Origin: a virus
Lineage: Duplodnaviria > Heunggongvirae > Uroviricota > Caudoviricetes
Direction: 5' to 3' (one strand)
IMG/VR virus record: IMGVR_UViG_2526164667_000034
Length of the DNA: 46,987 nt
How positions within the stretch are numbered: the stretch's first letter is position 1; every line of letters begins with the position of its first letter. Below, one piece after another: positions 1-8,948 of this stretch. The position numbers and the translations under genes were made by a program. The notes under the pieces were generated by a model. The model made no database searches and was not told the origin of the DNA. It saw only the letters and a program-made list of their open reading frames with translations.

Positions 1-1158
1 ATGCTCACCGTTAAGCAGATTGAAGCAGCAAAGCCGAAAGAAAAACCATACCGCCTTCTCGATGGTAATGGCCTGTACCTTTATGTTCCTGTATCCGGGA
101 AAAAGGTATGGCAGCTTCGCTACAAGATTGACGGTAAGGAGAAAATCCTGACCGTCGGAAAATATCCGCTAATGACTTTGCAGGAGGCAAGGGATAAGGC
201 ATGGACTGCGAGGAAAGACATCTCGGTTGGCATCGATCCGGTAAAGGCGAAAAAGGCTTCGTCTAACAACAATTCCTTTAGTGCGATTTACAAGGAATGG
301 TACGAGCACAAGAAGCAAGTATGGTCAGTAGGGTATGCGACTGAACTTGCAAAAATGTTTGATGACGACATTTTGCCTATCATCGGCGGCCTTGAAATTC
401 AGGATATTGAGCCGATGCAACTGCTGGAAGTAATCCGCAGATTTGAAGATCGCGGTGCAATGGAGCGAGCAAATAAAGCCCGCAGAAGATGCGGCGAGGT
501 TTTCCGTTACGCTATTGTCACCGGCAGGGCTAAATATAACCCGGCACCTGACCTTGCTGACACCATGAGGGGATACCGCAAGAAGAACTTCCCGTTTCTT
601 CCTGCAGACCAGATCCCGGCATTCAATAAAGCACTGGCAACATTTTCAGGAAGTATCGTATCGCTCATTGCCACCAAGGTTTTACGCTACACAGCCCTAA
701 GAACAAAAGAGCTTCGTTCCATGCAATGGAAGAACGTCGATTTTGAAAACAGGATTATCACCATTGACGCCAATGTGATGAAGGGACGCAAAATTCATGT
801 TGTCCCGATGTCGGACCAGGTGGTTGAACTTCTCACTACGTTAAGCTCCATCACCAAACCAGTATCAGAATTTGTTTTTGCCGGGCGCAACGATAAGAAG
901 AAGCCAATCTGCGAGAACGCGGTGCTACTTGTGATCAAACAAATCGGCTATGAGGGTCTGGAAAGCGGTCACGGATTCAGGCATGAATTCAGCACGATTA
1001 TGAACGAGCACGAATGGCCTGCTGACGCTATTGAAGTGCAACTGGCACATGCCAACGGCGGATCTGTGCGCGGTATTTACAACCATGCTCAGTATCTCGA
1101 TAAGCGCAGAGAAATGATGCAATGGTGGGCGGACTGGCTTGATGAAAAGGTGGAGTGA
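1..1158 (+). CDS. int: Tyrosine integrase, P4 family (IntS-like, argW-integrating type)
   Basis: 385-aa ORF from the track. N-terminal arm-binding region plus C-terminal catalytic domain (HGFRHEF, RGIYNHAQY). Recalled as close to E. coli CPS-53 IntS; not verified by search. Lies at the prophage end opposite attR. Confidence 0.9.
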   Translation: MLTVKQIEAAKPKEKPYRLLDGNGLYLYVPVSGKKVWQLRYKIDGKEKILTVGKYPLMTLQEARDKAWTARKDISVGIDPVKAKKASSNNNSFSAIYKEWYEHKKQVWSVGYATELAKMFDDDILPIIGGLEIQDIEPMQLLEVIRRFEDRGAMERANKARRRCGEVFRYAIVTGRAKYNPAPDLADTMRGYRKKNFPFLPADQIPAFNKALATFSGSIVSLIATKVLRYTALRTKELRSMQWKNVDFENRIITIDANVMKGRKIHVVPMSDQVVELLTTLSSITKPVSEFVFAGRNDKKKPICENAVLLVIKQIGYEGLESGHGFRHEFSTIMNEHEWPADAIEVQLAHANGGSVRGIYNHAQYLDKRREMMQWWADWLDEKVE

Positions 1159-1402
1159 ACCACCTTAACCACTATCGAAGTGCACAAAGCCTTGCAATCC
1201 AGTGCAAAGCTTGTGTGTCTTAGATTTCAGGGTTGCTTTCTTAGGCGTACAGGTTAATGAAATGCATCAAAATACCATTCACATCCACCTCACCCAGTAC
1301 TTCATAACCAACTGTTATCAGTGTATTTCCTCTCAGTTTGGTAAAGTGACAACCCTATGAGTACGAAATCGGTTAGGTGCTATCTGGCTATTGCTCTATT
1401 TA

Positions 1403-2545
1403 TCAAGGTGCTTCTCTAACGGATTCAGTTTTAATTGAAGATACATCTGATTTTTTTTGCATTCTACGAGCGATGGCATGCCCTATGGATACTGATGGTT
1501 TTTCAATAAAGTTATAAGATATGATTGATATAATAAAAGTAGCGCAAATCATAGCTAGAAAAACACCAAATCCTTTACTATCCAATACCCCGTACGGTTT
1601 GAGATATAAAACAGCAAGACTGTATACAACCATATGATTAATGTAAAGTGAATAGGATATTTCACCAACATACGTTAGAATTTTATTTCTATATACATCC
1701 CTACACTTAGAAATAAGGACTATTGGGGCTATAATCATAAATGAATAAGCCCCCCATGCTACAATTCCAGGTCCATTCCTTAACCCTAGGCATAAAAAAA
1801 GCAAGGCAATCGCTAATGTAATATTAAGAAATTGAACAACAGGCATTTTATTTATAAGTCTAGAAGGTAGCCTAATGTAGGCCTCTGCAATAATCATCCC
1901 CAAAATAAAGTCATATATTATTGGATTTGATACAAATACCAGATTACGAATAATTCCATCACCAGATGGCGGTTGCGCGATAGGATTTAGAAAAACATCT
2001 CCGTGAAAGTACAGTTGACCAAGAACGCAAATAATGATGAGAAGAAATGATGCGATCGCAGTTCTATATTTATGGCTGATGCATAATGAAAAAAAGAAAA
2101 CCACATAGAACCAAATTTCATACGTTAGTGTCCATGCAGGTATTATTATACTATAACCTGACCATGGCCCTATAAAATTATAGTCAATTGGTATGAGCAA
2201 GTAGCTCTTTATTATTTGTGATGATGTATATATTGCCTCATAGTTGAGGTATATAGCCAGAGTAAGGATTATAAAGTAAACAGGGTACAACCTAAAAAAA
2301 CGCTTAGCAGCAAACACCATTGGCCGGTTTTTTGCCTTATTCATTGAAGAATAAGTAATGATAAATCCACTTATAACAAAGAATATATCAACACCAACCT
2401 CACCTATACCAAAAAGAATGTCGCCCAAGTCCTTTTGGGCATACACTCCATTTAAATATACTCTAAAGTGAAACGCAATGACTAGAAGTACCGCGATCCC
2501 TCTAAGGACTTGAATAGAGTCTAACTTATTTGTTTTTCTTTCCAT
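1403..2545 (-). CDS. Acyltransferase family 3 membrane protein, putative O-antigen O-acetyltransferase (lysogenic conversion)
   Basis: 380-aa ORF, multi-TM, with N-terminal motif LRGIAVLLVIAFHF typical of OafA/Oac acyltransferases. Very AT-rich (roughly 32% GC). Sits between int and tailspike, where P22-like and Shigella phages carry serotype-converting genes. Confidence 0.75.
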   Translation of the reverse strand: MERKTNKLDSIQVLRGIAVLLVIAFHFRVYLNGVYAQKDLGDILFGIGEVGVDIFFVISGFIITYSSMNKAKNRPMVFAAKRFFRLYPVYFIILTLAIYLNYEAIYTSSQIIKSYLLIPIDYNFIGPWSGYSIIIPAWTLTYEIWFYVVFFFSLCISHKYRTAIASFLLIIICVLGQLYFHGDVFLNPIAQPPSGDGIIRNLVFVSNPIIYDFILGMIIAEAYIRLPSRLINKMPVVQFLNITLAIALLFLCLGLRNGPGIVAWGAYSFMIIAPIVLISKCRDVYRNKILTYVGEISYSLYINHMVVYSLAVLYLKPYGVLDSKGFGVFLAMICATFIISIISYNFIEKPSVSIGHAIARRMQKKSDVSSIKTESVREAP

Positions 2546-2615
2546 ATCAAAATGTGTTTTACTGATTTTTTTTAAACATACCAGATCAAAGTAATCATTT
2601 CAATACATAGGTCTT

Positions 2616-4489
2616 TTAAAAGTTTCCCTCTGATAAGAAAGAATAGGTTCCTGGCCCACCTGGAATATTGCATGTCCATGCCTTTGGTTGTCCTGAAGCA
2701 GGTGCGCTATTGATAACACGCTCACCTATATCCCAGAAACCGGATGTAGGTACTGACGAAAGATAAAATGTTGTTTTTTCAACTTGCAACGCGTTTGATG
2801 GCATTCCATATGCACATAGAGAAGGTGAGTTTATGAGTACATTTCCTGAACCATAATTTCTTATACCAACATTTATAGCTGTATCAGTTTCGTATATATA
2901 CACACCACAACTAACATAGCTCCATTTCCCATTACCAGCTAAAGGTGCTGTAGAGTCTGTTTGTCCTGCACCATTAATTATAAACATAAGTTTTGACGCT
3001 GATCCCTGGTCATTGACCCACGCACCAAACCATACAAATTTCCCTTTTAGTTCTGGTGATTTGTTGAGGTCTATCGTTCGTCCCCAAACTCTATCTCCTG
3101 TCGTAACTAAGAATGAATAATTACCAGCATAGATGTTTTGAGTTTTTATCAATGTTCCTGTAGTTCCAGATGCCGCAGTCCAGAGCAACATATTTCGATC
3201 AAGATAGTTAGCAGTTAACTCTCTGTTCGCAATATCTATTAAATGCGCAGTGTCAGGGTTTTGTGTCGCCGGGTCATAACTACCAACGTATCCGATGGAG
3301 TTCACTGTGTTGTTGGCAAGATATAGCCTGTCAGTAACTTTGGACGAAAGATTATTGTGGTACATTGCTAATAAATTATTCACTTTCGATGCGTCTAATA
3401 ACTGATTATTTTCAATCGTCAGGTTTTTCGCATAGTTCGTGAAAATAAATCCGTCTTGGTTAGGTAGCGCGCTGGCGTAGCCAATCGCGGTCTGCTGATT
3501 CCCGCGAATAGATACGGTATCATTAATTTTTGAAAGGTCAGGAATTAATGTAAAATTGTTCGCGATAAGGTGGATATCCGCACGTACTGTAATAGACTCA
3601 GGTACTCTATACTGGTAACCAATCTCACCGTTGCGTTCCCAATAGTTATCATCAAGGTTAAGGCCTTTAACCCCGTAAGCCAAAAGTCCGTAGAACTTAT
3701 TTTGCTCTATATTGTTGCCATTAACTCTGACGCTCATACCGCCCTCAGCGTAAGCTGGCGTAAGTAAAACTCCACCGGCTCCGTTACCATAGATACGGCT
3801 GTTGATTATATTAATATTATTGCAGTAACCACCAACATTAATACCGTTACCGGCGTTTTGAAACAACCGGCACCCAATGATGTCAATGGAGTAACCGTTA
3901 ACTAATATTGCGTTGTTATTAGTATTAACCACGTCAATATTTTCTATTTTAATGTGGTTGGCTTCAGTAAGACTGATGCCGTTAGCTGCGTAGCCATTTC
4001 CGTCAAGACCAAAGTCCCTGAACTCGCAGAACGTAATTACCCCATCTTGTTGCGTGATTATCGGTGCCGCTGTACCCGTAGAGAAAATTCTGGACTGATA
4101 TGCGCCAGCACCTCGTATCATGGTGACAGTATTCTTAATCGTAATACCAGGGTCAACAATGAACGCCCCCTCTGGTATAACAATCTCAGTTGGCAACGTA
4201 GCATCATCAATAGCCTTCTGAAATGCAGCTTTGTTCTGAGCACCGGTGTTTCCCTCAGCAAACCCGTAGTCTGTAAGCGTCCTCAGGTCGATAGTTAGCT
4301 TTTTTGAGAGAATGGTCGATGTGCTATCGACAAACTGTGGGTTATGCATGACTAGAGAGTCGCCAAGTGAGTGATCTTCGCTCAGGAGATTGCCCTTAAA
4401 CTGATCTGGATCATACTTTAGCACATTCGGAAAATAGAACTGCTGCGCACCGTATGCATCATAAACAGCCATAGAATGGCCTTGCACAG
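2616..4489 (-). pseudogene. Tailspike, C-terminal receptor-binding part (gene interrupted by IS2)
   Basis: Track ORF 2616..4517; its first 9-10 codons (MSGDSGGQS) are translated IS2 terminal sequence. The genuine part starts at [11 protein letters not shown], which continues the P22 gp9 head-binding domain. The long Asn/Gly-rich body fits a beta-helix tailspike and is not P22-like. Confidence 0.85.
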
Positions 4490-4580
4490 TAGACTGGCCC
4501 CCTGAATCTCCAGACAACCAGTATCACTTATTTAAGTGATAGTCTTAATACTAGTTTTTAGACTAGTCATTGGAGAGCAG

Positions 4581-4946
4581 ATGATTGATGTCTTAGGACC
4601 GGAGAAACGCAGACGGCGTACCACACAGGAAAAGATCGCAATTGTTCAGCAGAGCTTTGAACCAGGGATGACGGTCTCCCTCGTTGCCCGGCAACATGGT
4701 GTAGCAGCCAGCCAGTTATTTCTCTGGCGTAAGCAATACCAGGAAGGAAGTCTTACTGCTGTCGCCGCCGGAGAACAGGTTGTTCCTGCCTCTGAACTTG
4801 CTGCCGCCATGAAGCAGATTAAAGAACTCCAGCGCCTGCTCGGCAAGAAAACGATGGAAAATGAACTCCTCAAAGAAGCCGTTGAATATGGACGGGCAAA
4901 AAAGTGGATAGCGCACGCGCCCTTATTGCCCGGGGATGGGGAGTAA
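4581..4946 (+). CDS. insC: IS2 transposase OrfA (InsC)
   Basis: Track ORF 4536..4946; true start taken at [18 protein letters not shown]... (121 aa), recognised as IS2 InsC. Confidence 0.85.
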
Positions 4947-5809
4947 GCTTAGTCAGCCGTTGTCTCCGGGTGTCGCGTGCGCAGTTGCACGTCATTCTCA
5001 GACGAACCGATGACTGGATGGATGGCCGCCGCAGTCGTCACACTGATGATACGGATGTGCTTCTCCGTATACACCATGTTATCGGAGAGCTGCCCACGTA
5101 TGGTTATCGTCGGGTATGGGCGCTGCTTCGCAGACAGGCAGAACTTGATGGTATGCCTGCGATCAATGCCAAACGTGTTTACCGGATCATGCGCCAGAAT
5201 GCGCTGTTGCTTGAGCGAAAACCTGCTGTACCGCCATCGAAACGGGCACATACAGGCAGAGTGGCTGTGAAAGAAAGTAATCAGCGATGGTGCTCTGACG
5301 GGTTCGAGTTCCGCTGTGATAACGGAGAAAAACTGCGAGTCACGTTCGCGCTGGACTGCTGTGACCGTGAGGCACTGCACTGGGCGGTCACTACGGGCGG
5401 CTTCAACAGTGAAACAGTACAGGACGTCATGCTGGGAGCGGTGGAACGCCGCTTCGGCAACGAGCTTCCGGCGTCTCCAGTAGAGTGGCTGACGGATAAT
5501 GGTTCATGCTACCGGGCTAATGAAACACGGCAGTTTGCCCGGATGTTGGGGCTTGAACCGAAGAGCACGGCGGTGCGGAGTCCGGAGAGTAACGGCATAG
5601 CAGAGAGCTTCGTGAAAACGATAAAGCGTGACTACATCAGTGTCATGCCCAAACCAGACGGGTTAACGGCAGCAAAGAACCTTGCAGAGGCGTTCGAGCA
5701 TTATAACGAATGGCATCCGCATAGTGCACTGGGTTATCGCTCGCCACGGGAATATCTACGGCAGCAAGCCAGTAATGGGTTAAGTGATAACAGGTGTCTG
5801 GAAATATAG
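4904..5809 (+). CDS. insD: IS2 transposase OrfB (InsD), DDE catalytic domain
   Basis: 301-aa ORF overlapping orfA in the -1 frame (frameshift fusion architecture of the IS3 family); recognised as IS2 InsD. Confidence 0.85.
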
Positions 5810-5820
5810 GGGCAAATCCA

Positions 5821-6078
5821 CACAGTTACGAACTTGGCAATCTGTCCGTTATATACAGGGTAACCAGCAGCGTTAATGATGATTGGTTGCGAAACAGGAA
5901 CGTGAGAACCATCTTCGTTCTCTACATAAACCTGAATCTGGTTTTCAGGATTTACCGGGTCAGTGTCAATTTTACCGATATAAATTTTGCCATTGGCTAC
6001 AGCTTTAAAAGAACGCGCCATAGTGAAGAGTTGCGAAGGCATCGATACGATCACATTGGCATTTATTGAATCTGTCAT
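5821..6078 (-). pseudogene. Tailspike, N-terminal head-binding domain fragment (P22 gp9-like)
   Basis: [62 protein letters not shown]...KFVTV matches the P22 tailspike N-terminus as recalled. Fragment lengths minus the duplication give an in-frame 708-codon ancestral gene. Confidence 0.85.
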
Positions 6079-6136
6079 TTAATTTGCTCCAGATACAAGG
6101 AATCGCCGCAGCGTGGCTACGGTGAATTTTGGGCAT

Positions 6137-6159
6137 AAAAAAACCCAGCCGAAGCTGGG
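6137..6159 (-). terminator. Rho-independent terminator downstream of ant
   Basis: Hairpin CCCAGC-CGAA-GCTGGG followed on the minus strand by a 7-U run. Confidence 0.6.
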
Positions 6160-6200
6160 TCGTTGCGTTGGTTATTGACCTACACTTTTCGTGCAGGTAG

Positions 6201-7136
6201 TTAAAGTTTTATTGAGTGGCACGCTCTATCACGTATCGCTGCGAATGAAGCTATCTCTTTAAGTGCCCAGCTTTGCTCAGCCATTAAATGGCGAAGTGCT
6301 TTTAGTTCAGCTCTTACTGCTGAAACGTCATACCCCGCTTTTGTCAGAATATTGATTAGTTTATACGCCGGACTGCATTCAACGAGTGCGCTGCGGTCAA
6401 GAGCAACAGTATCACCGCATTGCTGCCTGATAATGGCGTAAGGTGCATTTTCAGCAAACCATGAAATCGGGAAGTTAATATCCAGTTTTGGCGCTGGTAA
6501 CTCTTCTTGTTTGCCAATGAACTCACCTTCAAGTGGAACTCGAGCTGCAAGTGACAGTGCTTCGGTGAACTGCTCCTCACTGATTTCTTTGTACGAACAT
6601 CCAAAATGGGATTTCAGTGAGGACCACATGGTGATCATCGCCTTAGCCTGTTTTTCTTTTGGCAGAGACTGACCACGACTCATGACGAGTTGTTTAATGG
6701 CTTCCTGCTGTTCAGTGGTGATTTTACCCGGCAACGCCTTTTTAGCTTTGCGTGGGTTAAATACATGACCTTTAGTCCAGTAGTCATGCAGCACGCTAAA
6801 GCATTCTTCCTGGTACTGAATCAGTTTATCACGGATGTCAGCACGAACTTTCTCAGGGTTGATGCTGAACAGCCATCCATTTAACTTCTTCAGCGGGATG
6901 CATAAAAGCTTACGTAACTTGCCATCAGCAGCAACCATAGAGATATCTCTACAGTTGAATTTGTCCTTCATTTTACGCAACTTAACAGATTGACCAGTCC
7001 AGTCGATACCAATGTTTTCCACAATTTGACGCATCGCTACATAAGTCACTCCGGCAGCCACAGCGGTTAAAATCTGCTGACCATTGAAAGGCACGTAAGA
7101 GGTGTTCACTGCTTCTAAAATTGCTATACTATTCAT
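6201..7136 (-). CDS. ant: Antirepressor Ant (P22 immI-type)
   Basis: Start trimmed to [21 protein letters not shown]... with GGAG RBS; track ORF extends to 7202. Recognised as P22-type antirepressor; adjacent to arc and mnt. Confidence 0.85.
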   Translation of the reverse strand: MNSIAILEAVNTSYVPFNGQQILTAVAAGVTYVAMRQIVENIGIDWTGQSVKLRKMKDKFNCRDISMVAADGKLRKLLCIPLKKLNGWLFSINPEKVRADIRDKLIQYQEECFSVLHDYWTKGHVFNPRKAKKALPGKITTEQQEAIKQLVMSRGQSLPKEKQAKAMITMWSSLKSHFGCSYKEISEEQFTEALSLAARVPLEGEFIGKQEELPAPKLDINFPISWFAENAPYAIIRQQCGDTVALDRSALVECSPAYKLINILTKAGYDVSAVRAELKALRHLMAEQSWALKEIASFAAIRDRACHSIKL

Positions 7137-7204
7137 GTTGGTTTTTCTCCACGAATTTACCGACAACCGAAGCCCTGACTGTTCCAGCAGTTGGGGCTTC
7201 AACT

Positions 7205-7366
7205 TTACGCGCCAATGCGCCCTTCCTTCTTAAAGCTGTCCATTACTCTCTGATAAATCTCAGAGTTAACAGACCGACCATTCTCTTCCGCCACCTTGCG
7301 TACCAAATCCAATACTTCTTTAGGCCACCGCAAATTGAACTGCGGCATTTTTCTTGCGCCTTGCAT
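7205..7366 (-). CDS. arc: Arc repressor (ribbon-helix-helix)
   Basis: ...[48 protein letters not shown] is near-identical to P22 Arc as recalled. Start chosen at [10 protein letters not shown] (track ORF begins upstream at 7396). Confidence 0.9.
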   Translation of the reverse strand: MQGARKMPQFNLRWPKEVLDLVRKVAEENGRSVNSEIYQRVMDSFKKEGRIGA

Positions 7367-7396
7367 ATTCCACTCCATTCCATTAAATGATAGCAC

Positions 7397-7459
7397 CGTA
7401 CTACTATTGAAAGCGTACTACTACCGTTCTAGCATGTCAACAAATAACAGGAGAGCGAC
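7397..7459. promoter_or_regulatory. Divergent Pant/Pmnt promoter-operator region of immI
   Basis: Intergenic between divergent arc and mnt. Contains ATGATAGCACCGTACTACTAT, resembling the P22 arc operator, and a direct repeat CGTACTACTA x2. Confidence 0.5.
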
Positions 7460-7699
7460 GTGGCTAGAAACGATCCACAATTTAACGTAAGAATGCCAAG
7501 TGAAATCAAGCAGCAGCTTACTCACATTGCGGCAACAAACAGGCGCTCTATCAATGCTGAAATCATAGCTGCAATACAGCTATGGATTAAGATTAACAGA
7601 GAAAAGGTCATACCATCGACATCTCAAGATCTCACAAAAACAGAGAAGGAAGCAATGGATATTGCAATTAGCGTACTTAAGAAGATTCGAGGCCAATAA
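7460..7699 (+). CDS. mnt: Mnt repressor (ribbon-helix-helix)
   Basis: MARNDPQFNVRMPSEIKQQL...RRSINAEIIAAIQ: Arc/Mnt RHH N-terminus, divergent from arc as in P22 immI. Confidence 0.8.
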   Translation: MARNDPQFNVRMPSEIKQQLTHIAATNRRSINAEIIAAIQLWIKINREKVIPSTSQDLTKTEKEAMDIAISVLKKIRGQ

Positions 7700-8046
7700 T
7701 GAGCAGTAAGGAGCAATACTTAAAAGTTACTTTTGAGTCTTTTAGTAATTACTTGACTTCATTCAAAAAAACTTATGTATGCCCAATATGCAGCAATACA
7801 AACTGGACTCTTTTAGCACCGGAGCATCTTAAAAAAGATGATGGTGTTGAAGTTATAGGCCCATCCATACCAGGTAAAAGCTTGCCTAATAATCCTGTTA
7901 ATCAAGATACTTATAGCAACGATAGTCTTAACATGGTAGCCATGCAATGCACCACTTGCGGTTTCTTCCACTTTTTTAGTTTAAACAAAGTTAGTGAAAA
8001 TATCTCTTCTGGAAAATTCGTAAAGGGTGATGGAGATAATGTTTGA
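7699..8046 (+). CDS. Hypothetical protein, Cys-pair (zinc-ribbon-like), low-GC accessory gene
   Basis: 115-aa ORF whose ATG overlaps the mnt stop (TAATG). Motifs CPIC and CTTCG. No family recognised. Confidence 0.6.
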   Translation: MSSKEQYLKVTFESFSNYLTSFKKTYVCPICSNTNWTLLAPEHLKKDDGVEVIGPSIPGKSLPNNPVNQDTYSNDSLNMVAMQCTTCGFFHFFSLNKVSENISSGKFVKGDGDNV

Positions 8047-8539
8047 CCAACATGTTCACAATAAATCACCTAGTATTTATGGAGATGCTCAAAGCCAACA
8101 TGAAAACCTTGACTTTGACAAATCGTTATGGAGTTCAATAGAGAACGCTAAATATTCAGAGTATTACAGACCAACTGGCAGAAATCCGTCAAAGGAACCA
8201 CAAATATTTAGCCTACAAGAAGAGCAACACAAAGAAGAAGGTCGTGATACCGTGAAACGTTTAGAGCTATACGGGGTTGCAGTTGCTATCATTGGTTCTA
8301 TCGTTGCCGCCACATGGACGATTCGAGGCACTATAGATGATAAAGTTGAATCATCACGACAAGAGCTAACAGGAAACATCCAAACCAGTAAGGCAGAGAT
8401 AATGGCTACTATCCAAAACAACCAATCAGTATTACAGTCAAGGATTGATAACACTGATCAAAAATTAGACTCAACAAACCAATCTCTTTATAAGGTATTG
8501 GCTATATTAGAGTCTCAAAAAGACAAACGTTCTCAATAG
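8039..8539 (+). CDS. Hypothetical single-pass membrane protein with C-terminal coiled-coil-like region
   Basis: Track ORF 8027..8539; start chosen at MFDQHVH with GGAG RBS, overlapping the upstream stop. TM helix LYGVAVAIIGSIVAATWTI; Q/S/T-rich heptad-like C-terminus. AT-rich. Confidence 0.55.
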   Translation: MFDQHVHNKSPSIYGDAQSQHENLDFDKSLWSSIENAKYSEYYRPTGRNPSKEPQIFSLQEEQHKEEGRDTVKRLELYGVAVAIIGSIVAATWTIRGTIDDKVESSRQELTGNIQTSKAEIMATIQNNQSVLQSRIDNTDQKLDSTNQSLYKVLAILESQKDKRSQ

Positions 8540-8560
8540 TTTCTTGATTTATTACCTATA

Positions 8561-8595
8561 GCTGCATGATTGATGTCTGTTGAAAATCATGCAGC
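8561..8595. repeat. Perfect 11-bp inverted repeat (hairpin) between accessory genes 2 and 3
   Basis: GCTGCATGATT...AATCATGCAGC with a 13-nt spacer, 25 bp upstream of the next start codon. Confidence 0.6.
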
Positions 8596-8619
8596 ATTGA
8601 TAAATCTAAGGAGATCGGC

Positions 8620-8940
8620 ATGTACATATCGCTCTCTACCATTTTTTTCATCTGCTTAGCTATTTGGCTTTTAAGAATATGGCAGGATTGCTCTGTCAGC
8701 CATGCTGCTGCGGTGAGAAATAAAAACGCCCTCATAAAAGAAGCTGAAAACGTTGTCTTATCAATGGATCACCTTTCATGGACCGAGATGACTACAGGGC
8801 AACAAGAGGTTTATGAGTGTGCGATTGAGCGGTTAAGGCTGCTTAAATCGTACAAAAAGAACCACGCTCCCGACTCATTCCCATTCCTGAAAGAATGGCC
8901 GAGATGGTATGACCCGAAAAAAGCAACCATCAACCGCTAA
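8620..8940 (+). CDS. Hypothetical small membrane protein
   Basis: 106-aa ORF with AGGAG RBS and N-terminal hydrophobic helix (ISLSTIFFICLAIWLLRIW). Convergent with gp16-like gene. Confidence 0.5.
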   Translation: MYISLSTIFFICLAIWLLRIWQDCSVSHAAAVRNKNALIKEAENVVLSMDHLSWTEMTTGQQEVYECAIERLRLLKSYKKNHAPDSFPFLKEWPRWYDPKKATINR

Positions 8941-8948
8941 CCAACTTT

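Larger units (their letters stand above)
4490..5820 (+). mobile_element. IS2 (IS3 family), about 1331 bp, flanked by 5-bp target duplication CACAG
   Basis: Ends TAGACTGGCC... and ...GGGGCAAATCCA match the IS2 terminal repeats as recalled. CACAG is directly repeated on both flanks. Encodes InsC and InsD. Left boundary uncertain by 1 nt. Confidence 0.9.

Noticed and set aside
1159-1402. Possible attP/att core between int and the acyltransferase gene
   Set aside because: No copy of the attR 15-mer was found there; the prophage att sites must flank the whole element, with attL left of int outside the window.
4490-4517. N-terminus MSGDSGGQS of the 633-aa tailspike track ORF
   Set aside because: These codons are translated from the IS2 terminal repeat on the opposite strand; the real tailspike frame continues from the fragment at 5821-6078.
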